Shown here: positions 61,500 through 64,000 of the stretch, one piece after another | How the letters are laid out: the number at the start of each line of letters is the position of its first letter | Position numbering within the stretch: the first letter of the stretch is position 1 | NCBI RefSeq assembly: GCF_003704095.1 | Contig: NW_020844095.1 | Span: forward strand, 62,001 to 126,000 | Direction of reading: 5' to 3' | Origin: Pocillopora damicornis | Taxonomy: Eukaryota | Length of the DNA stretch: 64,000 bases | The notes under the pieces: model-generated | Seen by the model: only the letters and a program-made list of their open reading frames with translations | Database searches by the model: none | What the model was told of the DNA's origin: nothing | Made by a program: the position numbers and the translations under genes

Positions 61500-64000
61500 T
61501 CAGATCATGTATAATAAAAACGCTATGATCAAAATATAGGCTGGTTATCATGGTCTCGAGGTAAATAATAATTAGATCTATCTTTGGCTTGCGCATGAGT
61601 GCACGCGATGAGTCGGCTTCGAACAAGGTCAAATCATTTAGAAAAGAGATTAAATCTTGAGAAGAGATTGGTTCATGTGCCCTGTAATTGAATAAAGAAC
61701 TACTTAGTAGAAAATACTATGCTACGATATCCTTAAAATGAATGCAGCCTTATATTCTTTACTTCGCATGTACTGAAATGACTAATTATGCAGAAAGTAA
61801 ATAGAATTTTCAATGGTGACCCTAAATTGTGAGGTTAAAATAAATTCCTTTATCATCATACCCACAATATGATGATAAACATATATTTTATAACAATACA
61901 TAAAATTTATTCATGACTGAAGTAAACGCAGTCAAACGTTTGCATTCATTAAAAGACAAGCTAAACCTCTGTATAGCATGGAAAGCTATCAAAATTGTTT
62001 TCAACTAGTCATAGAAGTCAAATTGCAGTTGAGCCTATTACAATCCTGTAAGAGATTCATTCGCGCAGCTTGCAGTTATGTTAGCTTGCGATTATGTCTG
62101 TTGCAGATATTGAAGGAAAGTTATGTAAATGTAAATGCCTTCAGTCATGCCAAGTTACCTGCTATTTGTGAAAGACATTAATTCATTGTTCATTTACTAG
62201 TTTATCATTTGAATTTCTAGCAGACTTGACTTTCTCTGCATGTTTATGACGGAAAGAGGTTTACTTTAATTAGCAAGCAGGTCCACTGGAGATTATTTAG
62301 ACAAGCCAAATGTTTTTTTTGGCTGCCAAACACAACACGGAGAACTTACACACATCAATATCACGTGGCTTGTCGCCGAATGTCACACTAAAAACTTCAA
62401 TTCCAAGTTGTAAGATTGGCCACGAGGTTGGCACCTATTCTTTGAAATTTCAAACATTGCATCATCTTCATTTTTTTTAGGGTGTTCCAGTTCAGAAAAA
62501 CAGTTAAAAACAACTGTAGATGCCTCGATTGTTCGAAAGCGGTAAATGAACAATTGAGAAAGCTCAAGGGAGTTCACTAAACAACCGCATTTTTCTCTTT
62601 ACGAGCTACAAAATGTTCGTTCGCGCCTACGAGACGTGTGAAGCGTTAAATTGCCTCATCAACATTGATTCTATCTCTGTTTTGGTAAAATTTCCGCACA
62701 GCCCCATACTATTGTAAAACAAATCTGTTTTCCCAATGGCAATGTATTGTTTTAGTCATTGTTTTCTCTATTCAAGAACTGAATGTATAATGAAGTATGG
62801 GGCTGTGCGGAAATTTTACCTCTGTTTTTGTTTCGAACTTTCCCTAAATATGACATGACTCGACTGCAGAAAAGCTCATCCCAAAGTTGGTCAGTGGTTC
62901 ACTTTAAGGTTAGAAGTCTACTCCATGAAACATTCAGCGCACGGAATATGATATCCACAATAAAGCATCTATGACATTGCATTCCTACTAACAACTATTC
63001 ACTGAAGTGGAGGTGGTTACTGGTGGATAATAAAATCTACCTCTAGACACCGACACTGAGGGAGCAAATAAAAAAAGACGGTTTTAAATACAGTATTTTC
63101 GGGTACAAGTCCTGCACGAGTTCCTCGAAAGTCAATAGCAAAGGATATTCAGAGTTTGTGGTCAATCAGAGCGCGCCTTCAACATTATCCACTGTCTTAG
63201 TATGTACTATACTGACTATGAACATTAACCTTACCATATAAACTTATTATGGGCTATCCATTTGAAAACGATGGTAAAACAAAATTACAATATTTCAGTT
63301 TAACTGCAACCAGCACACTTGCGATGATCATTGCTTCACTTCATTTCCATACAGAGGTCCAATAAAATTTATTCCATTTAAATTGTGAGAAATCTTGGAA
63401 AATTTCTGATTCCAAGAGAGACAACTGTCTCTGTGCCACAGAACTCTGACTTTCAAATTGCAGATCACATTAGAGTTGAACATTTTCCCATGCCAACCCT
63501 CAGGAAACTGCGGGTAACTTTTGTTAAAACATGTAATTTTACGATGAAATGGTTTAAACAATACCAAACGAGATCACTTTAAACCTTTCCTTATGCTTGC
63601 CATCAGCTAATTCTCTATTTACATTAACTTTTCGCCACTATCTCGAGTCAATTTCTTTAGCCCTACGGTACAGAACTTTCTTCAACTTAATAAGCGATAC
63701 TAATAATTATCAGTTCGATGAAACAAAAAGAAAATTACAAGAGGTGATAATAAACCAGAGGCAAAATGATAGCTAAGGGTGAAGGAAGTTCAAAAGATGA
63801 CACTTGACACTGAAATCGAGGCTGACATTTTGGAAGAAGCAAAAACAATGGAGACAACACAAAAGACAAAACCAACACACTGATTTTCGAATGGCACGTG
63901 ACAGTACACGTGAGCGGTGAGCGGTGAGCGTTGGACGGATTACAACTCTTCGCGACAGCGATTCTTGCACGGAAACTACATTGGAAGTATTTGTCAAACT

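Overview
AT-rich eukaryotic (animal) genomic DNA with assembly N-gaps, GT-AG introns, SINE/MITE/LINE/Penelope debris and intronless rhodopsin-class GPCRs. The gene and repeat types point to a cnidarian, probably a stony coral (inference). The first ~9 kb holds fragments of an EGF plus ALK/LTK-like glycine-rich gene, one intact intronless GPCR (6848-7975, minus) and two GPCR relics. The main result is a cluster of seven separately oriented (+,+,-,+,-,+,+) small genes at ~22.4-61.5 kb. They encode 107-331 aa hydrophilic, probably disordered proteins whose bodies do not visibly align, yet all end in the same C-terminal motif, [ST]-[STD]-[LF]-C-[ST]-T-[ED]-L-stop (mostly LCSTEL). That tail fits a class I PDZ-binding motif with an invariant Cys at -4. 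Its codons vary synonymously and all three stop codons are used, indicating protein-level selection. The proteins carry many basophilic RxxS/RxRxxS kinase and 14-3-3-type sites, and the two longest have PxIxIT-like calcineurin docking motifs. I do not recognise this family; it looks like an undescribed cluster of motif-only signalling adaptors or competitors. The ORF track allows GTG/TTG starts, so I re-assigned ATG starts and one intron by eye.
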